Assembly: GCA_001724265.1 (NCBI GenBank)
Contig: MEDY01000088.1
Span: 1 to 64,000 of the forward strand
Direction of reading: 5' to 3'
Source of the DNA: Rhizaria sp. SCN 62-66
Taxonomy: Eukaryota
DNA: 64,000 nt
Both the position numbers and the translations under genes were made by a program. Of this stretch, positions 47,818 to 59,800 are shown piece after piece. The notes beneath the pieces were generated by a model. That model was not told the origin of the DNA. It searched no databases and saw only the letters and a program-made list of their open reading frames with translations. Positions within the stretch are counted from its first letter, which is position 1. Every line of letters begins with the position of its first letter.

Positions 47818-50800
47818 ATGTCTGCGTCCGGCCCGGGCTCCGGCCGTTCTTTCGGTGGTGCGCCAGCGGGTGCCCACCCCCAGCAGACCGTTTACACACA
47901 TGGTCCCTTCGGCGAGCCTTTGAACCCGCTCAAGGACCTTAACCCGAGCGAGATCTTTGGCGCTCACGCCGACGGCTCCTCGGGTCTTAGCGGTGCCGCG
48001 CACACTGCTCCGCCGCGCGCGAGCCGCACAATGGGCCTTCATGTGCCCCAACGCACGGCGATGCACCAGCCCGCTCCTCCCGGCCAGCCTGGCTTCTTTG
48101 CTAGCGGCATGTCGATGACCACGTCGTCTTCGACCGCGCCCGCTTCGAAGCGTCACTCCGCATCGGCGGCTGCTGCTGCGGGTAGCATGCGCGCGCGCGA
48201 CGGCGCCGCTCCTCAGGCGCCGCCTGCGACGGGCATCTCGGCCAGCATCGAGCCGTTTCTGGCCAAGCAGGTCCGCGCCGCCGTGGCCGCGCGCTCCGTG
48301 TCGACGCAGCTGCACCTCCCGCTGCTGCGCGACTATGTCGACTCCTCTGCGTCTTCCTCCGCCGCGGGCCCTGCTGCCGCCGCCGCCGCTGCTGCTGCCG
48401 CCGCTGCGGCCGCAGCGGGTAATGGCGAGGACGCCGACGCTGCTGCCTCTGCCGCTGCTGCTGCTGCTGCCGCTGCTGCTGCCGCGGCCGGCCCCAACGG
48501 CACCGGCGTGGTTGCGACGACTGCCGCGAATGTACAGGTGACGCTGCAGACAGGCGAGGACGCGATCAAGTTCTTTGTGCAGCATGGCGCGGGGAACCCG
48601 CTCAAGTTCGTCTACTGCAACCGCGCGGACGCGCAGCCCGAGGCGCGGCGCGTCGCCATCTCAGGTCTTCAGGACGACGCGCAGCGCACGACGGCCGAGA
48701 CCAAGATCATCGGCTCGGGCATGACGCGCGAGCAGGCGCGGGCCGCGGCCATCGCGAAGCTCGCGGCCGTGACCTCGACGCTGTCGTACCGGCCCTACGA
48801 TCTCACCATCGTGTCGCGCAAGCAGGCCAACACAGAGTTCTTCACAGTGTCCGGCACGGGCGTGGTGCACGTGCTGCCTGACGCTCCGACTGAGTTCATG
48901 CCGCTCACGGACTGGATGCACCAGGCCTCGTCCTTCAACGTGCTTCGCTCCTCACGCTTCTTCCAGCACTTTCTCTCCTCAAAGACCTTCCGCCTGTGGC
49001 GCGCCAACGTGCGCTACCGCCTTTTCTGCAAGCAGCGCCAGATGCTGCAGCGCAATCTTTTCCTCGCGCGGCCTTCGTTCTGCTCTTCACTGCTGCAGGT
49101 GAACCGCATCGTGTACGAGATGCAGCAGGTGCCGCTGCTGCGCCACCGTCAGGCCATCTTCTCCGACGCCGAATACAACGAGCAGCAGCTGCAGGAGCGC
49201 ACACAGGCTGCTAAGACGCTGGAACAGAAGGTCGCCCAGCTCGAGTCCGAGGTTGAGCGCGTGTGCAAGGGCGCGCGCGACCGTGCCAAGCAGTACGACC
49301 AGGGCATCACGTCTGACGACCTGGCGACGTCCAAGTTCGCCCAGTACCTCCTTAAGGACGGCTCGCGTGGCAAGTCCATGGTGGCGATCAAGAAGGAGCG
49401 CGCAGACCGCATCCGCAAGCTCAAGCACGCCGCGCTCGAGGCCGACATGCTGGGCGAGTTCGTGCGCCTGGTCGACTACATGCAGGTCGAGGGGCTCGTG
49501 CACTCGGCCATCACCGCCGTCGCACGCCTCTTGGGCATCCTGCACGAGCCCGGCCGCGCGAAGCGGCCCATGTTCCAGACCTCTGTGGCCTTCGGCGACG
49601 CTGCGCTGGTCTTCTCGCCGACCGTGGGCGACTTCGCGAAGCTGCTGCGCGACGCGGCCGAGGGCGCCGTGCACACGGTCGCGACTGCGGACCGCGTGCT
49701 GCTGCTGCCGCGCCTCAAGCCCTTCGTGTCTTCGCTCGTGTCCGAGTACCCACACGTGGGTCACATGGTGTCGGCGGACCCGATCTTCGCCGCGTGTCTG
49801 CATGCCATCGAGAGCAAGGTCCTGGCAGACTTTAAGGCCGTGTCGGACAACATCCAGGTGCTGGAGCGCTACCGCCCTGTGTTCGAATTCGGCAAGTCGT
49901 GGCCGCAGTCGCCGTACTGCTACCGCGGGCCGCAGGGCCAGCTCGCCGACGTGGCGCCCGAGACGATGGAGGCGGACATGAAGCAGCAGGTTGACTGGGC
50001 CGCCACCATCGGCAACATCAAAAACTCGTACGAAGGCGGCGTGTTCCAGGCCGAGACCAAGAACCTCAAGGGCCGTCTGCTGCCCATCTCCGAGGGCGCG
50101 CTGGTGGGCATGAAGGAGTACTTGCTGCTGCGCTTCCGCGTCAAGTCGAGCGAACTCAAGGACATGCTGCGCGAGCGCATCCGTCTGCTCAAGGAGGACC
50201 CGCCGGAGCTGGCGCTTTTCGCCAAGCACGTGCACACGTTCAACACGCTCGTGGGCGAGGCGCGCGAATTGCTGCTGCGCGCGCGCCAGGTCGAGTTTAT
50301 GTTCCACTTGCTGGAGCGCTACGGCGTCGACGTCACCATCGACTCGGTGCAATACGAGGAGGGTCAGGCCATCGTGCAGGACTTCTCCGCGCAGCTCGGG
50401 CTCGCCGAGCAGCGCATCGAGGAGCGCATGGGCCTCATGAAGGGCCAAGTGTACCAACGCATCGCCAAGCTCACCGGCGAGCTCAGCGCGCAGCGCATGC
50501 GCCTCATGGAGGGCGAGTTTGTCAACGACAAGGCCAAGCCTGACGACGTGCTGCAGGACCTCGTGGCCGTGGACGAGGCCATCGGCGCCATCGAGGCCGA
50601 GATCAAGCGCACCGAGGACTTCCAGGTGCTGTTCAAGATGGACCCTTACCGGTTCGACGACCATCTCAAGGACTGCCGCCGCACGTTCGAGCTCAAGGAG
50701 CGCTTCTGGACGCTGTACCGCGACTGGCTGCGCAAGACGAGCGAGTGGAACAAGATCGATTTTCTGTCCCTCAACGTGGACAAGATGGCGATCGACGTGC

Positions 50801-53800
50801 GCGACATGTACACGAGCTCGCACGAGCTGACGCGCCAGGTGCGCGACAAGCAGGGCCGCGAGATCGCCGTGACAGTGCGCCTGAAGCGCATGATCCAGGA
50901 GTACAAGCTCATCATGCCGCTTGTGCTGGAGCTTGGCAACCCGGCGATGCGGCCGCAGCACTGGCGCACGCTCTTCACGCAGATGGGCCAGACGTGGACT
51001 TCGGAGAAGGACATCGCGCTCAAGAAGCTGCGCGCGCTCAACATCTTCTCCTACAAGACGCTCATCAACGAGGTGTGCGAGTCTGCCGTGGGCGAGTATT
51101 CGCTCGAGCAGGGTCTGGCCAAGATTGAGGCTGCATGGAGCAAGACGAACTTCGTCCTGGTGCCGTACCAGAAGCAGAAGGACGACCTCGTGTGGATCCT
51201 CGGCGACGTCGAGGAGGTCTCCGTGCTGCTCGAGGAGCACCAGATGGTGCTGCAGTCTATGCTGGGCTCGCAGTACATCAAGGCTGTGCAGGCACAGGTC
51301 GAGGACTGGGAGCGCAAGCTCGCCACGCTGGCCGACGTGCTCGAGGAGTGGCTCACCTGCCAGCGCGGCTGGATGTACATGGAGCCCATCTTCTCCGCCG
51401 TCGACATCCAGCGCCAGCTCCCCACCGAGGCCAAGATTTTCTCGGAGGTCGACCGCTTCTGGCGCGAGCTCATGCGCCGCTGCTCTAAGTCCCCCAATGT
51501 ACTCGCCTCGGCCACAGCCAACAACATCCTGCCGCTGCTGATCAAGAACAATGCCGACTTGGACCGCATCCAGAAGCAGCTCGAGGAGTACCTTGAGACC
51601 AAGCGTGCCGCTTTCCCGCGTTTTTACTTCCTCGCCAACGAAGAGCTGTTGCAGATCCTGGCCCAGGCGCGCGAGCCCCAGGCCGTGCAGCCGCACCTCA
51701 ACAAGTGCTTCGAGAACATCCAGCGCCTGTCGTTCACCAACACGGCCAACTCCGTTGAAGTCACCGGTATGGTGTCGAGCGAGAACGAGGAGGTCGCCTT
51801 CCCGCAGCACATCTTCACCGTCGGTTCCACCGAGGCCTGGCTCAACGACGTCGAGGCCACGATGCGCCGCACCGTGCGCCTCAACATCAAGCGCGCGCTT
51901 GTGGCCTACCCGACCACGCGCCAGGGCGCGATCGAGCGCGGCCAGTGGCTGCGCCAGTTCCCCTCGCAGGCCATCCTTACGGCGGACCAGGTGATGTGGA
52001 CGCAGAACGTCACGGCCGCGCTCTCGGCCATGGAGAAGGGCGCCAACCCGGGCGCACTTGCCGACTTTTTCGACTTCTCCAAGGCGCAGATCGCGGCCAT
52101 GGTCGCGCTTATCCGCGGCGACCTCACGCCGCTCGAGCGCCAGATGATGTCTAACCTCATCATCATCGACGTCCACGCACGCGACGTCGTCGAGAACCTG
52201 CTCAACGCCAAATGCAGCAAGCTCGGCGCTTTTGACTGGATCAAGCAGCTGCGCTATTACTGGCTCGCTGACAAGGACCGCTGGATTGCCAACGGCTCCC
52301 CCGCGCCCTATGCCAGCTCGGCTGCCGGCGTTGCTGGTGCCGCCGGTGCGGCCGCTGCTGCCCGCGCGCGCGGTGCGGCTGGCAAGGCGGGCTCTGCCAA
52401 CGCGGGCGGCAAGGTTGCCGTGAGCACCGACGACGGCGAGGTCGCGGACTGGGAGCAATGCGTGGTGCGCCAGACGACGGGCGAGTTTGCGTACCGCTAC
52501 GAGTACCTCGGCAACGCGACTCGCCTCGTCATCACGGCGCTGACTGACCGCTGCTACCTCACGCTTACGGGCGCGCTCGCCATGCACAACGGTGGCTCAC
52601 CACAGGGCCCCGCCGGTACGGGCAAGACTGAGACCGTCAAGGACCTCGGTAAGGCGATGGCCAACCAGGTTGTCGTGTTCAACTGCTCCGACGCACTCGA
52701 GATCGGCACCATGTCGCGCTTCTTCTCCGGCCTGGCGCAGGCCGGCGCGTGGGCGTGCTTCGATGAGTTCAACCGTATCGACATCGAAGTGCTGTCCGTC
52801 ATCGCGCAGCAGATCCTGACGATCCAGACTGCGATCATCGCACACCGCAACCCGTTTGAGTTCCAGGGCCGTCTCATCCCGCTCGACCCCTCGTTCGGCG
52901 TCTTCATCACCATGAACCCCGGCTACGCGGGTCGCTCCGAGCTGCCCGACAACCTGAAGGCGCTGTTCCGCCCCGTCGCGATGATGGTGCCCGACTACGC
53001 CATGATTGCGCAGATTATCCTCTTCTCCGAAGGCTTCGAGAACGCACCCTCGCTGTCGAAGAAGATGGTCCAGCTCTACAAGCTGGCCTCGGAGCAGCTC
53101 TCGCAGCAGGACCACTACGACTTCGGTATGCGTGCCGTTAAGTCCGTGCTCGTCATGGCCGGCGCGCTCAAGCGCCGCAGTGACGACGTGCCCGAGGACG
53201 TGGTGCTGATTCGCGCTATGCGCGACAGCAACATCCCTAAGTTCCTCGCGCAGGACATCCCGCTCTTCCAGGGCATCATCTCGGACCTCTTCCCAGGCGT
53301 CGCCGTGCCCGAGGTCCCGATGACGCATCTCGAGCGCGCCGTGCACGACTCGCTCACCGACGCCGGGCTGCAGCCGCTGCCCTCGCTTATCAACAAGATC
53401 ATCCAGCTCCACGAGACCGTGGTGGTGCGCACCGGTGTCATGGTCGTTGGCTCGTCCTTCACTGGCAAGACCACCTGCTCCAAGGTGCTCGCACGCGCGC
53501 TGGGCCGGCTTTACAAGTCAAACCCGGCGGCCGCGGCCGCTGACGCGTTCGTGCGCGAGGTCGAGACGTACACGCTTAACCCTAAGGCCGTCACCATGGG
53601 CCAGCTCTACGGCCAGGTCAACTCCGTGTCGAACGAGTGGACCGACGGTTTGGTGTCGGACCTGGTCCGCACGCTCGCGGCCGAGACGCACACGCCCTCG
53701 CGCAAGTGGGTCCTCTTCGACGGCCCCGTCGACGCGCTCTGGATTGAGAACATGAACACCGTACTCGACGACAACAAGATGCTCTGTCTCGTCAACTCCG

Positions 53801-56800
53801 AGCGTATTCGTCTCTCGGCGCAGATGACGATGATGTTTGAGGTCGAGGACCTCTCCCAGGCCTCGCCCGCCACCGTCTCCCGTTGCGGCATGGTGTACCT
53901 CGAGCCCGTCTACCTGGCGTGGTCCGCGCTCGTCAACTCCTGGGCCGTGACCTTTGCCACCGCGTACCCGTTGCTGCCAGCCTCGATCGTTCAGTTCGTC
54001 ACATCGGCCATCCTCACGCACGGCGCCGCGCTGCTGGGCTTCGTCCACGAGCAGTGCACGCAGCGCGTGCCCACCACGGACAACCAGCTCATCCGCTCCT
54101 GCCTGCACCTCGTCGAGGCTCTCGCCGCCGACATTCTGAAGCCCTATGCCAAGAAGCTCCACTCCTCGGCGTCGATGCAGCTCGTCGTGGCCGGCACCGA
54201 CGACGGCGATGACAGCGACACGGAGGGCGAGGACGAGAACAAGGTCGCCGAGGCCGTCGCCGCCGCTGCCGCTGCTGCTGCTGACAACGAGTTGATGAGC
54301 CCGATGCCCGAAGGTATGACCCCGCTGCCCGCCGCGGCGGCGGAGCCCGAGACGCCGCTGCCGGAGCCCAAGAGCACACAGCGCCTGCTCGGCCTGGCAC
54401 TGTACATGGCACTCACCTGGTCTATCGGCGCCAACGTCGACGACGCGCACCGCGCTAAGTTCTCCACGTTCCTGCGCGCGACCGTGGCGGCGACGCTGGC
54501 GCCCGCGGTGCCGATCTCGCTGCAGGCGTACGAGCTCACGATGGACGCCGCCAAGGAGGAGCTGGTGCCCTGGACCTCGGTCGTGCCGCAATTCGTGTAC
54601 GACAAGGAGGCGCCCTTCTTCTCCATCTTGGTCCCCACGCCCGAGACGGTGTGCACCGAGACACTGATCAAGGCGCTCATCCAGGCGCGTCGCTTCGTCA
54701 TGCTCTCCGGCGAGACGGGCACGGGCAAGACTGTCTCCGCGCAGAACTTCCTGCGCCACAACGACGACAAGTACGCTTCCATCTCGATCCAGTTCTCGGC
54801 GCGTACGTCGCCCGAGTCGCTGACAGACGCCATGGAGTTTAAGCTCGAGAAGCGCGGTCGCCGCTCTATCCTCGGCGCGCCGCGCGGCAAGGTCGCCGCC
54901 GTGGTCTATTGCGACGACCTCAACATGCCCGCACCCGAGCGCTACGGCGCGCAGCCGCCGCTGGAGCTGCTGCGTCAGACGATCGATCAGGGCGGCTACT
55001 ACGACCTGTCGAAGAAGAAGCCCTTCTTCAAGAACATCCGCGACGTCGTGTACATCGCCACCATGGCGCCCGCGGGCGGTGGCCGTACCAAGTGCTCGCA
55101 GCGCCTGACGCGCCACTTCTCCACCTTCTGGCTCACGGTCATGTCCAACAACTCGCTGCAGACGATCTTCTCCTCCATCCTCGAGGGCTTCTTCAACTCG
55201 GTTGCCGGGCACCTCCGCACCGACCTCTCTAAGGTCGCGTCCTCCATCGTCACGGCCTCCGTCGACCTCTACTCGGCCTGCCGCCGCAGCCTGCTGCCCA
55301 CGCCGTCCAAGTCGCACTACACCTTCAACCTGCGCGATCTCTCTAAGGTCGTGCAGGGCATGTGCCAGATCCGCTCGCAAAACATCACTGACGTTGTCGA
55401 CCTGCTGCGCCTCTGGGTGCACGAGTCCGCGCGCGTGTTCCGCGACCGTCTCGTCGACGAGGGCGACCGCCGCTGGTTCGACTCGCAGTGCCGCACGCGC
55501 CTCAAGGAGGCCTTCGACATGGACTGGCCCGCCGAGTCCTTCGCCGACGTGCTCTTCGGCGACTTTGCCGCGCCCACGCTCGAGGCCCCGGCCCCGGCTG
55601 CCACTGCGACGGGTGACGCCAACGCGCCCGAGATGATCATGAGCGGCGAGCGCAACTACGAGGAGCTGCGCGACCTGGCGTCGCTGCAGCAGCAACTGGG
55701 CGACCACCTCGCTGAGTACAACCTCATCTTCTCCTCGCAGATGCACCTTGTCTTCTTCAAGGACGCTATCCACCACCTCGCCCGTGTGTCGCGTATCCTG
55801 CGCCAGCCGCGCGGCAACGCGCTGCTTGTCGGCGTCGGTGGCTCTGGCCGCCAGTCGCTGACCAAGCTCGCCGCCTTTATCGCCGACTACAAGTGCGTGT
55901 CGATCGAGATCTCCAGCGGCTACTCGATCACCGACTGGCGTGACGCGCTTAAGCAGCTGCTCGAGACGGCGGGCGCGGACAACCAGCCCGTGGTGTTCCT
56001 GCTGTCGGACGCGCAGATCGTGCACGACGCTTTCTTGGAGGACATCAACAACCTGCTCAACACGGGCCAGGTCCCCAACCTCTTCGCCAACGACGAGCTT
56101 GATGCCATCGTGCTGCGCGTGCGCCAGCAGGCCAAGAAGGCCGGCCGCGGCGAGGCGCGCGAGGCCGTGCTGGAGCAGTTCAACCACAACGTGCGCGAGA
56201 ACCTGCACGTCGTGCTTGCCTTCTCTCCCATCGGCGACACGTTCCGCGAGCGTCTGCGTATGTTCCCCTCGCTCGTCAACTGCTGCGCCATCGATTGGTA
56301 CTCCCCGTGGCCGCGCGACGCGCTGCTGGCCGTGGCGCAGGAATACCTGCACTCGCAGACCGTGCCGGAGGGCGCTGACGCCGGCGCCGCGCACCACTTC
56401 ATGGCCGCGCAGACGGCCTCTTCGGGCGCAGGCTCCTCCGCGAGCGACATGATTGCATTGCACAAGAACAAGCTCGCCAAGGCGGCCGTCGAGATGCACA
56501 TGTCGGTTAAGGACATCTCCGACCAGTACTACGATGAGCTGCGCCGCATCAACTATGTGACGCCGTCCTCGTTCCTACAGCTGCTGCACTCGTACACGGC
56601 GATGCTGGGCGAGCAGCAGGACGCGCTGTCGACGCGCGCGATGCGGTATCGCAACGGTCTGTCGAAGCTCACGTCGACGAACCAGCTCGTGGCGCAGCTG
56701 CGCCAGGACCTCATCAACCTGCAGCCGATTCTGCAGAAGTCCTCCGAGGAGACCGCCGAGCTGCTGGTGCACCTGGAGCGCGAGCAGCAAGAGGCCAACT

Positions 56801-59800
56801 CGACGCGCCTCGTGTGCCAGCAGGACGCCGAGGAGACGGAGGCGCAGACGCGCGCCGTCGCCGTCATCGCTGACGACTGCCAGGCCGACCTCGACGAGGC
56901 CATGCCCGCAATGAACGCGGCCCTCAAGGCGCTCTCCGTGCTGCAGCGCGACCACATCAACATCATGCGTTCGTTCCCCCACCCGCCCCAGCTCATCCGC
57001 ACGCTCATGGAGGCCGTGTGCCTGCTCTTTGGACTGCCCACGGACTGGGACTCGGCCAAGCGCCTGCTGTCGCGCACCAACTTCATCGACATGTGCCGTG
57101 GCTACAAGAAGGACGACATCAACCCCAAGATCCTGCGCAAGCTGCAGAAGTACATTCAGGACAAGGACTTCACCCCCGACAAGATGGAGTCCGTCGCAGA
57201 GGCCGCCGTGTCGCTGTGCAAGTGGGTGCTCGCCATCGACGTCTACGCGCGTGTCTACAAGGCTGTCGAGCCCAAGCGTCTCGCGCTTGAGAAGGCCCGC
57301 GGCGCGCTTGACGAGGCCCAAGCCAAGCTGCACGGCAAGCAGACCGAGCTGCGTGTCGTTGAGGCGCGTGTCGCCGGTCTGCAGCAGCGCTTCAAGTCGA
57401 AGCAGGCCGAGCGCGACGAGATCGACGCCTCGATGACGCGCACAAAGATCCAGCTTGGCCGCGCCGAACAGCTCGTCGCTGGCCTCGGCTCCGAAGGCAC
57501 GCGCTGGGAGCAGCAGGCGCAGATCCTCGCCTCCGACATGCAGAACCTCGTCGGCGACATGCTCGTCTCTGCCGGCTTCGTCGCATACCTCGGCCCTTTC
57601 ACGGCTGAGTACCGCGCGCGCCTCGTCGCGCAGTGGGTTCGCCTGTGTCTCACGCACAACATCCCCGTCGCTGACGGTCCTCTGGGCTCTGCCACGGGCT
57701 TCTCGCTCGCGCGCTCGCTCGGCGACCCGCTGCTGACGCGCCAGTGGAATATCCAGGGCCTGCCCGCGGACCAGTACTCGACCGAGAACGGCATCCTGGC
57801 CGTGCGCGGCACGGGCGGCGGTCTGGGTGGCACGGCGCGCACGTCACAGTCGCAGGCTCAGTCGCGCAACCAACGTTGGCCGTTGATGATCGACCCCCAA
57901 GACCAGGCAAACCGGTGGATCAAGAACATGGCGCGCCGCGATAACCTGCAGGTGATCCAGATTGCGCCCGGCGACGCGGGCACTGGCGCGGGTAACTGGC
58001 GCCACGTGCTCGAGAACGCCATCCGCTTCGGTCAGCCCGTGCTGCTGGAGAACGTGAGCGAGCGCATCGAACCGTCGATCGAGCCTGTGCTGGCGAAGCA
58101 GCTCTTCCGTAAGGGTGGACAGTGGCTCATCCGCCTCGGTGACCAGGACGTGCCGTACTCGCAGCACTTCAAGCTCTTTATCACCACCAAGCTGCCCAAC
58201 CCGCACTACGTGCCCGACATCTTCGTCAAGGTCTCCGTGATCAACTTCGCCGTCACGCGCAAGGGCCTCGAAGATCAGCTGCTGGCAACTGTGTGCTCGC
58301 TGGAGCGTGCGGACCTGGAGCACCAGGTCGACACATTGCTGGTGCAGATCTCGGAGGACAAGCGCGAGCTGTCAGACATCGAGAACCGCATCCTGCACCT
58401 GCTGCACGAGACGGCGGGCAACATCCTTGACGACGAGGAGCTGCTGCAGACGCTCTCGGCGTCGCGTTCCACCGCCGCCGCCATCGGCTCGCGCATGGAG
58501 CAGTCCGAGAAGACTGTCGCGTCGATCGAGACAGTGCGTGAGGGCTACCGTCCCGTCGCTACGCACGGCTCGCTGCTCTTCTTCGCCATGGCCGACCTTG
58601 CGCTGGCCGACGGCATGTACCAGAACTCGCTGCTTTACTTCACGCAGCTCTATACGCACGTCATTAAGGCGTGTGTCAAGTCCGACGCCGACTCGCTCGC
58701 CATGCGCGTGCGCTCGCTCATCGCCGACCTCACGGCCTTTGTGTACACCTCGGTCGTCCGCGGCATCTTCGTCAAGGACCGCCTCTTCTTTGCCCTGCTC
58801 ATCGCCGTGCACGTCGCGCGCCAGGCCGGCGAGATCACGCCCTACGAGTTTGACTTTTTCGTCCGCGGCCAGACCCCCGCACCCGCCGGCGGTGCCGCCA
58901 GCGCCGACGCCAAGGCCAAGGCCGCGACCGACAGCGCGCTGCCCGACGACTCCCCTGCGGGCTGGCTTGAGCAGCGTCTCTGGCGCATGTTGCGCTCCGG
59001 CGCCACGGCCCCCGCGGCCGCGCCGGGCGCCGAGTCCCCGCTGCCGTACCTCACGGCCATCGCAGGCGAGATCATGGCCGAGACCGCGGGTGGCGGCGGT
59101 GGCGCGTGGATGCGTTGGATCACCAACCTCGACGACGCCGACGCTGACGCCGCCGCGTCTCCCGAAGACGCCACGGCCGCCGGCGCCGCGCTGCCCAACG
59201 ACTGGGCGCAGCGCCTGACGCCGTTCCAGCGTCTTACGGTGGTGCGCGTGCTGCGCCCCGAACGCCTGCTCACCGCGGCGCGCTCCTTCGTGGCGCAGCG
59301 CCTCGGCGCGTCCTTCATTGGCGCGACGCCCTTCGACCTGCAGGCCGTGTTCGCGCAGTCGGCGCCCGTGACGCCGATCGTGTTCATCCTCTCGCCTGGT
59401 GCGGACCCGCTGCCGTACATTCTGTCTCTGGCGGAACAGCGCGGTGTGGACCTGTCGAGCCGCGTCAAGGTGCTGTCCATGGGCAAGGGTCAAGGCGAGA
59501 TCGCGCAGGAGCTCATCGACGTGGCGCGCCGCGAGGGCCACTGGGTCGTGCTGCAGAACTGCCACCTGGCGGCGTCGTGGATGGCGTCGCTGGAGCAGGC
59601 CATCGAGAAGACGCGCCACGAGACCGATGTGCACGACTCGTTCCGTCTCTGGCTCACCACAATGCCCACCAAGACCTTCTCCGTCGCCGTGCTGCACAAC
59701 TCGCTTAAGGTCACCACCGAGGCGCCCCGCGGCGTCAACAACAACATCGCGCAGACGTTCGTCGACATGTCCGAGGACCGCTACGCCGCAACGGCCGTGC